A stretch of DNA of 64,000 nucleotides from Azolla caroliniana. Lineage: Eukaryota > Plantae > Polypodiophyta. Below, piece by piece: positions 50,201-62,384 of this stretch. The notes under the pieces were generated by a model. The model saw only the letters and a program-made list of their open reading frames with translations, was not told where the DNA came from and did not search any database. Each line of letters opens with the position of its first letter. Position 1 is the stretch's first letter. The stretch spans positions 3,968,001 to 4,032,000 of the forward strand of contig JBHGNT010000016.1 of the NCBI GenBank assembly GCA_043228905.1. Reading direction: 5' to 3'. A program made the translations under genes and the position numbers.

Positions 50201-51042
50201 GACCGAAGCAGAATATGTAGCTGTGTCCGACGCTGCAAAAGAAGCTTTGTGGCTCGGCCGGCTGGCGCACACGTTTCGACAAGTCGATCATGACTCAGCC
50301 CCAGTTGTCTATAGCGACAGTCAAGGTGCTGTTGCCTTGTCGAAAAATCCGGTCCACCACAACGCCTCCAAACATATCGACGTTCGATATCACTTCGTTC
50401 GGAACTGCGTCATTTCAGGGAAAATCGGTCTAGAGAAAATATCCACAACCGACAATGTCGCAGATGGAATGACCAAGTGTCTTTCGGCAGACCGCTTTCG
50501 GTCCCTTCGGCATCAGATGGGCGTAACGACAAACCAGTCCGGTTAGAACCGGACACAGCGCAGGATGGTTTCAGACAACCGACATCAGTTCCTTAATGAT
50601 CGGCTTCAACTCTTCCGACCCGACCAGTCCGGTCTTCTGCTTTCGGACCCTGCCGACTCGAACAAAAACTGATATGTCCGAGAACCTAGGTTTATACCTG
50701 TAATCTTAGATAACCCATGTATACGCCCATTACGGGGGAGTGTCGAATACAAGTGTATAATGGACGTATTCACACTATCCCTTTCTATAGCTCAAGTTTG
50801 GGCCATTTGTGTAATTAGCATAAAGGGTAGTTGCCCTAAGTTTGTCACTATATAAAGTGACCTAGTAACCTTTTTGTAAGGTTGGTTGTATTATTGTTTC
50901 TATGGAATAGAAAGAGTCTTTTGTACCTCCTCTCTCTCTCTCTCTCTATCTCTGTGCATGATCTTGGAAACTGTCATACGCAGGTACTCAACAGCAATCG
51001 AATGCTACTTGATCTTCTGCATTGACGGCCTTGTCTACAACA
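47246..51042 (+). mobile_element. Ty1/copia element C, internally deleted (no PBS, gag or protease active site)
   Basis: 5' LTR 47246-47544 lacks its last ~7 nt and is fused to HCDIIGIG..; 3' LTR 50741-51042; PPT gggggag 50734-50740; imperfect TSD cggat/aggat. Confidence 0.92.
47544..50546 (+). CDS. copia C integrase-RT-RNase H open frame (no ATG upstream of the integrase zinc-binding region; RT motif YVDN)
   Basis: 966-aa ORF: LWHRRLGH, VHSDVCGP, RTDNGGEF, QNGIAER, YKARLVAKG, YVDNML, GYTDSD, ADGMTK. Confidence 0.85.
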   Translation, partial: HCDIIGIGTVELNLAGGSTLVLHNVRHVPELSRPLISVGQLDEDGIRAGFSSGGWTLHKGNLLLARGPKIHSLYPLHVTLREGNLFLVDIPVSSLWHRRLGHLSKAGITHLSRAGYIPKLSFSDHQFCEHCQYGKQAAASHPTSAPRETRPLDLVHSDVCGPMPHQSLGGASYFVSFIDDSTRKVWAYPIRTKDRVFSIFSDWLAMVENQTDRKLKCFRTDNGGEFKSEEFVKFCRQRGIRREFTAPHSPEQNGIAERMNRTIQERIVSMLQHSGLSDGFWAEALLTAVHIINMSPSRPLGLQIPQELWIGSKPNYDKLRIFGCEAYALIPKDDRRKLAPRSRKCIFLGYGSDGEMGYRLWDPERRQIVRSSDVVFNESAMNPSAKTPIEVRRVTFSDVPTLQEGPALNTRSASRVAEPYTTDSDNSDSAQQNNSLSDHPTSIPDTTSPIIPRRSERLSQPPERYSPGIFFTDGGEPTSYEEASTSVDSATWHLAMESEMHSIRANKTWDLVELPKNRRALPCKWVYRLKETSDSTTPKYKARLVAKGFRQEYGVDFDEIFSPVVKMTTLRFLLGVVAADNLELIQRDVKTAFLHGDLEEEIYMEQPKGFVATGQEHLVCRLRKSLYGLKQAPRQWYKKFDDFIQSIGFSKSDEDHCLFTHTAQDGSPIFLIIYVDNMLISGRHAGELADLIRQLRLKFAMKDLGPARHILGMKISRHRDKRHLFLSQTDYIGRVLERFNMQSAKSASTPLPMNLRLSQRDCPTSGPEGEDMKSVPYAPAVGSLMYLMVATRPDISHAVGVVSRFMHNPGRSHWNAVKHVFKYLAGTKDHGILFGPNSTSGVVGYTDSDFAGCIDSRKSTTGYCFKFGNGAISWKSKLQECTATSTTEAEYVAVSDAAKEALWLGRLAHTFRQVDHDSAPVVYSDSQGAVALSKNPVHHNASKHIDVRYHFVRNCVISGKIGLEKISTTDNVADGMTKCLSADRFRSLRHQMGVTTNQSG

Positions 51043-53408
51043 AGGATAACGGAGGAGAATACCGAGGGCAATTTGAGGAGTATTGCCGTTCGATGGGAAT
51101 CCGGCTCGAGTTTACTGTGCCGAAGACGCCGGAACTGAACGGGCTGGCCGAGAGGATGAACCGGACCATAATGGAGAGGGTCCGGAGTATGCTGGCGCAT
51201 GCGAAATTACCCAAGGGGTTTTGGGCTGAGGCAATGTCGACGGCGACATACGTGATAAATAGATCACCCTCTGTACCCCTGGATGGAGACACGCCACAGA
51301 GAGTGTGGACCGGTAAGGAAGTGTCCTACCGGCATCTGAAGGTGTTCGGGTGTCTCGTATATGTGCATGTGGCAAAGGACCGGAGAGGAAAGCTAGATCC
51401 AAAGACCCGGCCATGCATATTCCTCGGTTACGGCAACGACGAGTTCGGCTACCGAGTATGGGACCCGGTCGACAAGAAGATATTCAGGAGTCGAGATATC
51501 ATCTTCATGGAGGACAAGACACTCGCCGACTAGGAGTCGGAGAAGAAGATGAAGAGCTCCAAGTCGACCGGTGAGAATCAACTCTACGAGGAGCAGTCCC
51601 GACCGGAAGGGGACCGGTTAGCACTCGAGGATCCGGCCGAAGACGGTGAAGAAACAGAACCGGCCGAGGAAGATGAAACCGATACCGGAACCGGCCCCGA
51701 TCCCGAAATGGATTCGAATGAAGAGGAAACGGAGGAGCCGGTTACCGAAGCTCCGGAACGGAGATATCCTCTAAGAGAGAGAAGGGCTCCCCGGAGATTT
51801 CCGGAACCAGAGCACGTGCTGCTAACCGACGAGGGGGAGCCGGAGAGTTTTGAAGAAGCAAAGCTTGACACCCATAGCCGCAGGTGGTTAAGTGCCATGC
51901 AGGAGGAGATGGATTCCCTGCATGAGAACCACACATATGAACTTGTGGAGTTGCCGAAAGGAAAGCGGGCACTTCGAAACAAGTGGGTGTTCAAGCTGAA
52001 ACCGGGAGATGCCGGAAACCCCCCGAGATACAAAGCCAGGATCGTGGTGAAAGGGTTCCAGCAGAAGAAGGGCGTCGACTTCGACGAGATATTTGCCCCG
52101 GTAGTGAAGATGACCTCCATCCGGACGGTGCTGAGCATAGCGGCAAGCATGGACCTCGAGGTAGAATAGATGGACGTGAAGACGGCATTCCTTCACGGTG
52201 ACCTCGAAGAAGAGATCTACATGCAGCAACCGGAAGGATTTGAGAAGAAAGGGAAGGAGCACCTGGTATGCCGGTTGAAGAAGAGCCTTTACGGACTGAA
52301 GCAGGCTCCCCGGCAGTGGTACCGGAAGTTCGACTCCTTCATGACCGACAAAGGGTACCACAAAACGCAGTCCGATCACTGCGTGTTTGTGAAGAAGTTC
52401 GAAGGAGGAGACTTTCTAATACTCCTCCTGTACGTGGACGACATGTTGATCGTCGGACGGGACCAGGTCAAGATACGGATGCTGAAGAAAGCGCTTCACC
52501 GAACCTTCTCAATGAAGGACCTGGGTCCGGCGAGGCAAATACTAGGGATGCACATCATCCGGGACCAGAAGAAGAAGCAGTTGTGGCTGTCACAGGAGAA
52601 GTACGTGACAAAGGTGCTTCACCGGTTCAACATGTCGGAAGCAAGACCGGTCGGGTCAACCCTCCCGGCAAACTGCAAGTTGTCCAGCAAGCAAAGCCCC
52701 AAGACAAAGGCTGAGAAGGAGGACATGATGAAAGTACCATATGCCTCTGCCGTCGGAAGCTTGATGTACGCAATGGTGTGTACAAGACCGGACATCGGAT
52801 ATGCAGTCGGAGTGGTGAGCCGGTACATGAGCAATCCCGGCAAAGAGCACTGGAACGCGGTCAAGTGGATACTCCGATACCTGAAGGGCACGACAAACGT
52901 GTGCCTCCGATTCGGCTCCGTTAAGCCCGAACTCGACGGCTTTACCAATTCGGATATGTCGGCTGATGCAGATACCAGCCGGTCCACATCAGGGTATGTG
53001 ATGACGTATGCAGGGGGAGCTGTTTCGTGGCAGTCGAGGCTGCAGAAGACGGTTGCGTTGTCAACCACGGAGGCGGAGTACATGGCGGCTGTTGAAGCCG
53101 GCAAGGAAATAATATGGATGAAGGACTTCATTAAAGAGCTCGGTATCCGGCAGGAGGAGTACCGACTCTACTGCGACAATCAGAGTGCCATCCACCTTGC
53201 GAAGAACGCGGCCTATCACTCCCGGACGAAGCACATCCAGCGAAGATATCACTGGATCCGGGAAAGGATAGAAGACAAGGAGTTCGTGCTGACGAAGATT
53301 CACACGGACGAGAACGGGTCGGATATGCTGACCAAGGTGCTCACACCCGACAAGCTGGAAGCATGCCGGAAGAGGATCGGACTGGAAAGACATCCCATGC
53401 CGAAGTGA
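51043..53408 (+). pseudogene. copia B integrase C-part, RT, RNase H
   Basis: DNGGEY..NGLAER, YKARIVVKG, YVDD; in-frame TAG at 51531 and 52167; RNase H FTNSD instead of the usual xTDSD. Confidence 0.9.
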
Positions 53409-56400
53409 AGGGGGAGTTTGTTGGGATTTCGGTCCCTTCCGGATGGGATGTCCGGAGATGAATGACGGCAAGCCCGGTTGCGGTTACGGAACCGGAGGAT
53501 GAAGAGTACCCGGCATGAAGCCGAATGAAGAGTACCCGGCTACGGAGCCGGATGATGAAGACCCCGGCTACGGAGCCGGATGACGAATGTACCCGGAGAG
53601 AGATCCGGATGCGGGGACATATTTGTGAATATGTTTACCAAGGGCCCTTAAGGCTATATTTGTAAATAGCCCGAAAGTCATATGTGTATAAATATGACTT
53701 AGGGCAAACTGTTTATTGTTGCTGTTGCTGTGGTAGTTGTTGCTCATTTTTTCTGTTTTTCCACTTAGAGGGAGCGAAGTGAGAACAGCCGAGAGAGAGA
53801 GAGAGAGAAAGGAAGAGGTCGACGCCTCTGTGTAATACCGCCGCCTGTGGCGAGGACAGCGAGCTCAAGGTCGTTGCCTTGCAGCTCGCCATTGTACATT
53901 CCCTGCGTATAGTGATAGTTGGAGTCTTGCACTCCCGTGGTTTTTCCCGTTTAGGGTTTTCCACGTTAAACCCTGTGCATTCGAGTCTCTCTCTTTGTTT
54001 TGGATTTACTGCTGCACTGACTCGTGTTTCCTCGGTTGTGGCCGAGAGCTGAAGGTTTTGAAACCGTCGATTTCTTAACAAGAATATCTCGTTGTAGTAG
54101 ACCACGTATTCCTATTTGAATCCTTTCGCAACAAGTCGAGCATTGTACTTCGGTTTCTCTGAGTCGGATACATACTTGTATCGGAAAACCCATTTGCAAG
54201 GTAGCGGCTTCCTTCTAGCTAGTAGTTAAACTAGCTCCCATGCCTGATTCTGATGAATCGAGTCCATTTCGGATTTCATGGCATGTAGCCATGTTTCGGC
54301 ATCCAATGCGGCTATAGCTTCGTCATAGGTGCTTGGTTTGCCTGCATCCATGTAGTTGACATAGTCGAGGCCTGGGTGATAAAACTCTGTTTGCCTTCGA
54401 GCTTGTCCAGATCTCCTAGGTGTCGTAATATCTGGTTCGGATCCTTTAATCGGTTCCGTTTGGCGATCGGTAGTTGTTGAACCAGTTGTGACATGAGCTT
54501 GTTAGGTGTCCCGCCCCTGGTTTGGGATTTCGGCGGTGTTTGGTTGTCCTCCCTTGTGGTTGTCGTCGACTCTTTTCTTACTAAGTGTCTCTTGGTGACT
54601 TTTCCTTTGAGTTCGACGATAGGACTTGTTGCCGATTCGGTGTCGGAAGGGAAGTTGGTAGCTTGTTGGAGTTCGACTGTTTGTCGAGTCTCCAATTTGG
54701 CCCGGTGGGTCGGTCCTTCTACGATAGTGTTGTCATCTTTGAAGGATACCTTCTTACCAACTGTTTTTTGTTGGTTCCGCTGAGAGAAGATAGAGTCTTC
54801 ATTGAAGACCACGTCATTGCTCCGGATCAGTTTCCAGTTCTCAGGATCCCATAGCCTATAGCCGAAGTCCCCATCGGTTCCATAACCAAGAAATATGCAC
54901 TTTGTTGCATGGGGTGCCAACTTTGTCCTTTAGTCCCTAGGGATGAACGAGTAGGCTTTGCATCCGAATATATGGAGCCTGTCGTAGGTCAACTACTTGC
55001 TTGACCATAGTGCTTGTGGCACTTCAAGCCTATTTGCTCTTGACGGCGCTAGATTTATCAGATACACTGTCGTCTGCAATGCCTTAGCCCAGAATTCCAA
55101 CTTCAGTCCGACTTGCTGTAGCATTGTCGTCACTCTCTCCTGGATCGTCCTATTGATCCGTTCTGCCACTCCATTTTGCATGGGTGTGTAGGGAACAGTC
55201 TTTTGGTGTCAGATTCCTTTTTCGGACAGGTACTATTTGAAGGCTCTGGATGTGTACTCATCTCTGTTGTCGGATCGGAGTGTCTTCACTCTATGTCCCG
55301 ACCAGTTCTCCACTTCAGATATCCATTAAGTGAAGACCTCGAACGCTTCATCTTTGGACTTGATGGAGTATGCCCAAACTTTCCGTGTACAGTCATCTAC
55401 GAATGTGATGAAGTATCGGGAGCCTCCCAGTGATCGCTCTAGCATGGGCCCACATATTTCTGTGTGCACAAACTCTAGGGGTTGTCGTATTGCCTCGTAC
55501 TGGAGAGAGTGCGGACTTCAGGTCTTTTTTCCATATCGACAATGCTCGCAGAAGTCCGTCTTTGCTTGGGTTTTCAGGATGTAGCCGACCGACATCAGCC
55601 GATCAAGTCCGGCTTGAGACATGTCGCCAAGTCGGCCATGCCATAAGTTTGGGTCGGTTTTCTCAACTACGTTCACAACCCCTTCAGGGTTGATCGCCAT
55701 CAATGGCTATAGATTTTTATACTTGTGCCCACTACCGATTTTGAGGTTTCCTCGGCTGATCACCCATGTCAACTCGTGTAGAGTCGTTCGATACCCGTCT
55801 TCGGCTAACATGCCGATGGAGACCAGACTCCTCTTTAGATCGGGTACGTGCCGAACTCGGTGCAGGGTTATTGTGTTGCCATTTGGCAATCTGATGGGAA
55901 CCTCCCTGGTTCCAGCTATCTTGCACTCCTGCCCGTTTCCTAGTCAGATTGTGCCGCTGGCATTAGCTGAATAGTTCAAGAACCATTCAATGTTGGGGGT
56001 CATGTGAAATGTGGCACCAGAGTTTAGTAGCCACATGTGTGCAACTTGTGCACTGTAGAGGACTTCTCCGATCATTGAGTCCTCTAAGGAGAGGATTTCT
56101 CCGGATCGGGTGTCGATAACGTTGATCTGGTTTCTGATTGGAGAGTGGTTTGAGTCAGAACGTCCCCGATTCCAGTCGGATCGCCGGTCACTCTCTTTTC
56201 TTTTTATTGACCAGCAGTCAGAAACATTGTGGCTAGCTTTCCTACAGTGTGTGCAGTACTCACTTGTTCGGCCCATTTTCGACTTCGACCGTTGTCGGTC
56301 AACCCTTGTTTTCGATCGGTTGTAGCGTCGACCGGTTCTATCGGCTTGTTCTTTCGTTCGACTATGTCGATCGAACGACTTCGTCGAGTGATGGGCTTCT

Positions 56401-58367
56401 GCCGACTCATCGATGCTTAGTCCCATCGATTTTCGCCTAATGTCCTCTGTGAGGACTTAGCCAACTGTTTCGTCTAGATTTAGGACTCGTCGGCTATTGG
56501 CGTATGTCATACAGAATACCTCCCAACTCGTCAGCAAGCTCGATAGGAGGGCAAGGGATTTCACTTCTTCTTCGAAGTTAATCCCTTGTGACGAGAGCTC
56601 TGACAACACCCGAATGAAGGTGTTGATGTGGGAGGTTGTCGGATCGGTCTCTCTCATCTTCATGTTGAACAGTTGTTTGATCAAAATTAGTTTCGAAGAT
56701 GAGGACTTCTTTTCATAAACAGCTTGTAGCTTCTCCCACAATGAGAACATTGTCGTCTCTTTCACCATGTTGAAATAGATGGTTTTGGCCAGATGCATTC
56801 GGATGGTGGAGCGTGCAATTTCGTCCATTGATCTCCACTCCTCGGCTGTCATTGAAGCAGGTTTTTCGCTGTGCCGAATGGCTTCGACCTGTCTTCAAAT
56901 GATCAACACATCCTACATCATCTCCTTCCACAAGGCAAAGTTTTTGCCGTTGAATTTTCTGATTTCAACTCTTGTTCCAGATGTTGAAGTCATATTTTGT
57001 TTGTGGAATTGAGATTTCTGACCTGGTCTTTTCTTTCAGCTTCTTCTGTTGTCTGTTGTCGTCGTGCAGCAAGGTCGCTCTAATACCAGTTGTGGGATAT
57101 ATGTGTATATATGTACGTATGCGTGTTACCGGCCTTCTAGCAATAACAATGCGGAAAACGTTTACGGACCTGTTCGCTTATGCACAGAAAATACAGTGAA
57201 TCGAGACTTAGACAGTAGACCGAGCTTTAATGGAAAGCTTCATATTACTGCGTTCTCTCTCTGAGATTCAATAAACAGACGCTTCGTTTCTCTATCACTC
57301 ATCATCACTCATTACAATCTTAGGTATTTGCTTATATACTAAACCCTAACTTATTAACGAGTTCAAACTTGGATGGATACAACTTGGAAGGAGTCAGCCT
57401 TTTATGCCAACAGTAGCCATAGGCAAACTCGAGTTAATAAGTATCAAGTTGATATCACATCACACATTGGTAAGGTTGTATTTAAGCATGTTTATATCTA
57501 GAAACTTCTAGTTTTGGTTCCACCAATTAATTTGGATCACTTATTTTGATCTACATTTAGTCCCTTTCTAACGAGTGTGAAAGGACTTGTTTTAGAGTAG
57601 TTAGGCCATCGGATAACAACCAATCGTGATTGGATAATGTGTATTAGTCACAAGGTTCCAATTCGCCATCAAATATCCTAGCCTACAAGAAACAAATCAA
57701 CGCCAAAATGTCCCTTACATACTAGGTGAACCGTGAGAGTCAACATTAAATTTAATCTCATGTGTGAACCAAAGGAATGTTAAGCAAAGTTTTGATCCCT
57801 GATTTCATTCATCATTCTATCCACAACTGAAAGAAGGGATAGGGGCTTTATATTAATTTATTTTTTAACGTTTATTATATAAAGAATGTAATTAACGAGG
57901 ATGGCAAGTATTAAACCCTATATTAACATCATTATTAACCATAATCTTATCCTCATCAAACACACTTGTATGATGTATCTAGTATAGTGTTATTCTTACC
58001 ATCAAGCATAGAACCTATATTGCATCACAAATCAATCCCACTTATCAAAATGTTAATCATCCATAACTTAACACATCCTTTCCCTTATCAATCCTAGCCA
58101 CATAATTTTAAGCAGATCGACATCATACCCCACATCATTATTTTCAACTATAGTACACCATTCTTCCAAGTTATGTCATTATAAAATACACACATGTCAT
58201 CGTTCATCTTATTGTCATCATATTTTTCAACATCACTCACATCATCAAAAACTATTTTTTCTATACTCATCATGAAAAACCTCATAATTATATCACATTT
58301 TGACACACCCACGCCCTTATAATCACCATGAAAAAACGCATTGTCATCACAAAAACCCTACTCATCA

Positions 58368-58658
58368 GTGTCGTACACCGCAGCAAATGGATTGGATATA
58401 CTATGGAAGTATGATGTACCTAGATGGCTGTTTCCCCCTCCCATTAGTTGAACGAGGGGCGTGAAAGACATGGCAAGTGGGATAGTGAAGGTAGGTGATG
58501 TATCTGTAAGGATGGCTTGAGTCATATGTAAAAGTGTAAGATAAATAAGTGAGATCTCTCGTGTGTAGGCTAGGATAATCTTGGCACGGCCTACCTGAGA
58601 AAGGGATCGTGTTCATGTATATTTTAACTAATGGAGTATATTCTTTTTTGGAAAAAAA
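58368..58658 (+). mobile_element. 5'-truncated L1-type LINE insertion with 17-bp TSD
   Basis: Matches the reverse complement of ~40470-40755; ends in poly-A; aaaaaccctactcatca at 58351-58367 and 58659-58675. Confidence 0.88.
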
Positions 58659-59238
58659 AAAAACCCTACTCATCACCGATTGAGTCTTGACATTCACCCT
58701 TATCATTTTCATTGTATTTGCAGTCAACTTTATCCTAACCAAAACTGCAATAACTACAAAAACCATTTTTTTCATTGTATTTACACCTTCCTTGATTGTT
58801 TCATCATTACACTCATCCTCAACCTCATCATCATCATTTTATGATCACAAATTACAATCACAATAATCATCACACATACCATCATTATTCTTAGCATCAT
58901 AATCATACACATCATAGATTCACTACATCCTCAAGTGCTCCATAAAATTCATCTCAAAGCATCTTTTGATTTTTTTGGCACATGAATGGCTGTGTCAAGC
59001 ACGTGATTCCTCTTTCTACCTCAATCATCTACTCCATGGAGCACATAAATTTGAGGAACTCCATTTTTTTTTTCGAATCGACGCCTCCATCTTCAACATC
59101 ACTCCTCTTTTCCCACCTCCCTACCACCCATTCATATTGGGTTCACCAAATGTGGAATAAGCTCATGTTGGGTCTATGCATGCGTATGTGGGTAAAACCT
59201 TTGGGTGCTAGACCAGGTGATTAATGTGATTAATGCGA

Positions 59239-59828
59239 TGTACAAATTTGAGAATAATACTTTGGTTAAACAAAAGAGATATTGAATATTAAGGTAAGGG
59301 GCAACTTAACGTAGATTAGAATATGATTTGATCTCTAGACTTTTATCGACAAAGTAAATACAACCACCACGACAACAAATTTCTACCATAAAGTTTCTAG
59401 CACATAAAAAACCTTTATTTACAGCCCTTTATATATATATTTAAACTTAATAAAATAGTAAAGAGCCTTTTGGTCTCTCTCTTTTTTTTCCAAAATGAAG
59501 CTACTTTCCCAATAGTTAGGAAGGATTATTATTCGCAAAAGGTTCAAATATTGTACAAAATTTCAGAATAATACTTTGGTTAAACAAAAGAGATATTGAA
59601 TATTAAGGTAAGGAGCAACTTAACATAGATTAGAATATGATTTGATCTCAAGACCTTTATCGACAAAGTAAATAGAACTACCACGACAACAAATTTCTAC
59701 CATAATCTATCATATAAAAAACCTTTATTTAGAGCCCTTTATATATCTATATGAACTTTATAAAATAGTAAAGAGCCTTTTGGTCTTTGCTCCCTTTTAC
59801 ATGGCTTCGCAAAAGGTTCAAATATTGT
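59239..59828. repeat. Two-copy ~310-bp tandem duplication
   Basis: agaataatactttggttaaacaaaagagatattgaatattaaggtaagg..agagccttttggtct repeated ~313 bp apart. Confidence 0.88.
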
Positions 59829-60014
59829 CCTTAAATAATTATGTCATAGATTGAAATATTCATATTCGTCAACATATTCGCCTTGCAAAATATTCACAAT
59901 ATTCACCAAAAAAGAAGTCATGAAGAATGAAAAAAAAAACATTCATTTTGTTAAATGTTTTTAACTAGAAAATTTAAGACAAATTTTAAAGAAAGTCCTA
60001 ATTTGGGTGATAAA

Positions 60015-60097
60015 TACTAGAATCATGAAGCATCAGACAAATCACATTATACTAGAAACATGAAGCATAAGACAAATCATATTATACTAGAATCATT
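60015..60097. repeat. ~35-bp minisatellite (2.3 copies)
   Basis: atactagaatcatgaagcatcagacaaatcacatt repeated. Confidence 0.75.
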
Positions 60098-62319
60098 GAT
60101 GTTGCACCTTGCAAGGCAACTCGATGATGCAAAGTTGTAGGAGAGATGGGAGCAGTGGAGTGTGAAGAAATGAATAACAAGAGCAGGAATACGAAGGATG
60201 AAAAGAGAAGAAAAAATCACTGAAAAGATGACCAAGAAATGAGAAGAAAAAAACTATCAAAACAAATGCACCCTTGGTGGACTATGTAAACGGTGTACCG
60301 AAGTGGTGTTATACCACGCCTAAATGGCTATATCCACCATGGCAACCCAACTAGGAAGGTACACGGTATTTTTTTGAGATTTTGCAGGTGTCAGGATGAT
60401 CAACACAAATTGGTGGTCCTGTAATATATGAAGATTACAATATCTTTTTGCTATTTGTGATCAATATCAGTTTTATAGGAGTTCATTGATAAATAGAGAG
60501 GAGTGTGTCACATAGGGTAGCGTGGTAGATACAACTATTAAGTGTCTATGATACATTACTAGTGTACATATCGGACTCTAAAGACACTTTACCTAACTAA
60601 TGGGAAACACCCTGTCTTCGGAAAAAACAACAATATATTTCTACAAAATCTCATGTTTGAATGCATACGTGAGGTATTAGTGAAATTTTTCCTCACAAAT
60701 GTGAATATTTGAATCTATGAATTATATTTTGTATGTACAACATAGGATATATTGGAATCTTATGCTCAAATGCATATGTGAGGCATCGTGAAAAATAGCC
60801 TCATGATTGTGTATATTGCAATCTATGAATTATCTTTTGCACACTTGTAGCGCGCTTCTTCTTCATTTCTTATTTAGAAACGTTTTACAACCCATGGAAT
60901 GCTTGAAGGTGATGCAGTGATCTCTAGAGACTAGGAATTGAAATGCTCTCTAGAAAGAAAAGTCTAGTCTAGATGTGTGGTTGTATTGATACATTAGATG
61001 CCTCATTTTCAAAAGTATTGTTTCAATGCATGTCTAAGCCCTTTCTTGGAATATTGGTGCATCCAACGAAATCTATGGTTTCGGTCTAAAATGCGTGTTA
61101 CGAAGCACATCATATATTGTACATCTTCAATGATTGTTGAATAAAAGGGGTGGTCACTAAGGTTTCCCCATAGTGACATGTTGGCTCATAAAATAATCAT
61201 TGACATTTAGTTTGCAACCAATCATTTATCCTCATTAAACCACTTTGCCTTTTGCCTATTACATATTTTGGATAACTATGATTGAGCCAAATTGCTTTGT
61301 CAACAACACACGTATGCCTTTCACATCCATCTACCTCATTTACAAACACAAATACAATACTAGGCTAAAAAGCACCAACATATATGAAATTGGAAGAAGA
61401 AACTAGAGGTCATACGATCCTAAACTAAATAATGATGACACACATATAAGGGTGATGCTAGCATATAGATGTATGTATATGTCATAGTTATTGGTGATGT
61501 TACCATATACATGTTCTATATACACACAAGTGCACACACGTATAGATGTTAACATCAAAAGACTAGAATAGAGTGATACATAGGGTTGACAAAACCATAC
61601 TGCATAATTTACTTGTCTAATATATAAATGGCTTCAAGTTGGGAGTTGATTAGAAAATAGGGTTTTGAGGAGTGCTTCCATAGATTACCCCATCCAAATG
61701 AATTGTGCTGAGAGACTCATTCATATGGTTGTGTAGGCTTTGCATAATGGTGTGAATAGTCTTTCATTTGAGCAATGTGTGCATGAATGACGATCTTTCT
61801 AACTTTCTCGCTTATGTACCATGGAAATGAAAAACATGAAGCATGTGTTTTACACATAGAGTACAATGAGGTCCTATAATCTATTCACATGAAGAGGGAA
61901 AAATGAGAGGGATAGACTGATAGATGAAGCCGATGTAACTACATTGTTCAAGTTGGTAGGATGGATAAGGGGTGTTTCCCACGTGAAAGGAGAAACCCGA
62001 AACCCAAAACACGTACTCCATAACTAAACAAACCCTTGCCAAATCAATTGACATGTTCACCTTCTAATTAAGAGAGGGGCACGAATCCGGAATAAAGAGA
62101 TGGGATTACCCAGATTTTAACCAACAACGCAGTTTAGTTCCCCACAACATCATTAAGAGCCCAAACTTGTTTTATGGTTGTATTATTTCTAATATATGTA
62201 CACTCCTTGGACACATTTCCTTTTGAAGCAAATTTGGAGCCAAACCAGAATTACAAAAGAACATTGTCCCTGTTTGGAGACCATCATTCAGAAAGCAATG
62301 GTGTACATGGCAGGAAGGC

Positions 62320-62375
<56 letters not shown>

Positions 62376-62384
62376 TAGGGCTCG

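Larger units (their letters stand above)
44840..54080 (+). mobile_element. Ty1/copia element B, full length, carrying nested copia C
   Basis: 662-bp LTRs 44840-45501 and 53419-54080; TSD agaat (44835-44839, 54081-54085); tRNAiMet PBS tggtatcagagc 45505-45516; PPT 53407-53416. Confidence 0.96.
43187..57412 (-). mobile_element. Old Ty1/copia element A (decayed, 3' LTR missing), interrupted by a hAT and by copia B
   Basis: Pieces 43187-43525, 44153-44839, 54081-57090: gag from ATG 56993, protease WLL[N]SGATFH, integrase, RT YVDD, RNase H YTDSD; PBS tggtattagagc 57077-57088; 5' LTR from 57091 to about 57412 (outer end uncertain). Confidence 0.85.
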
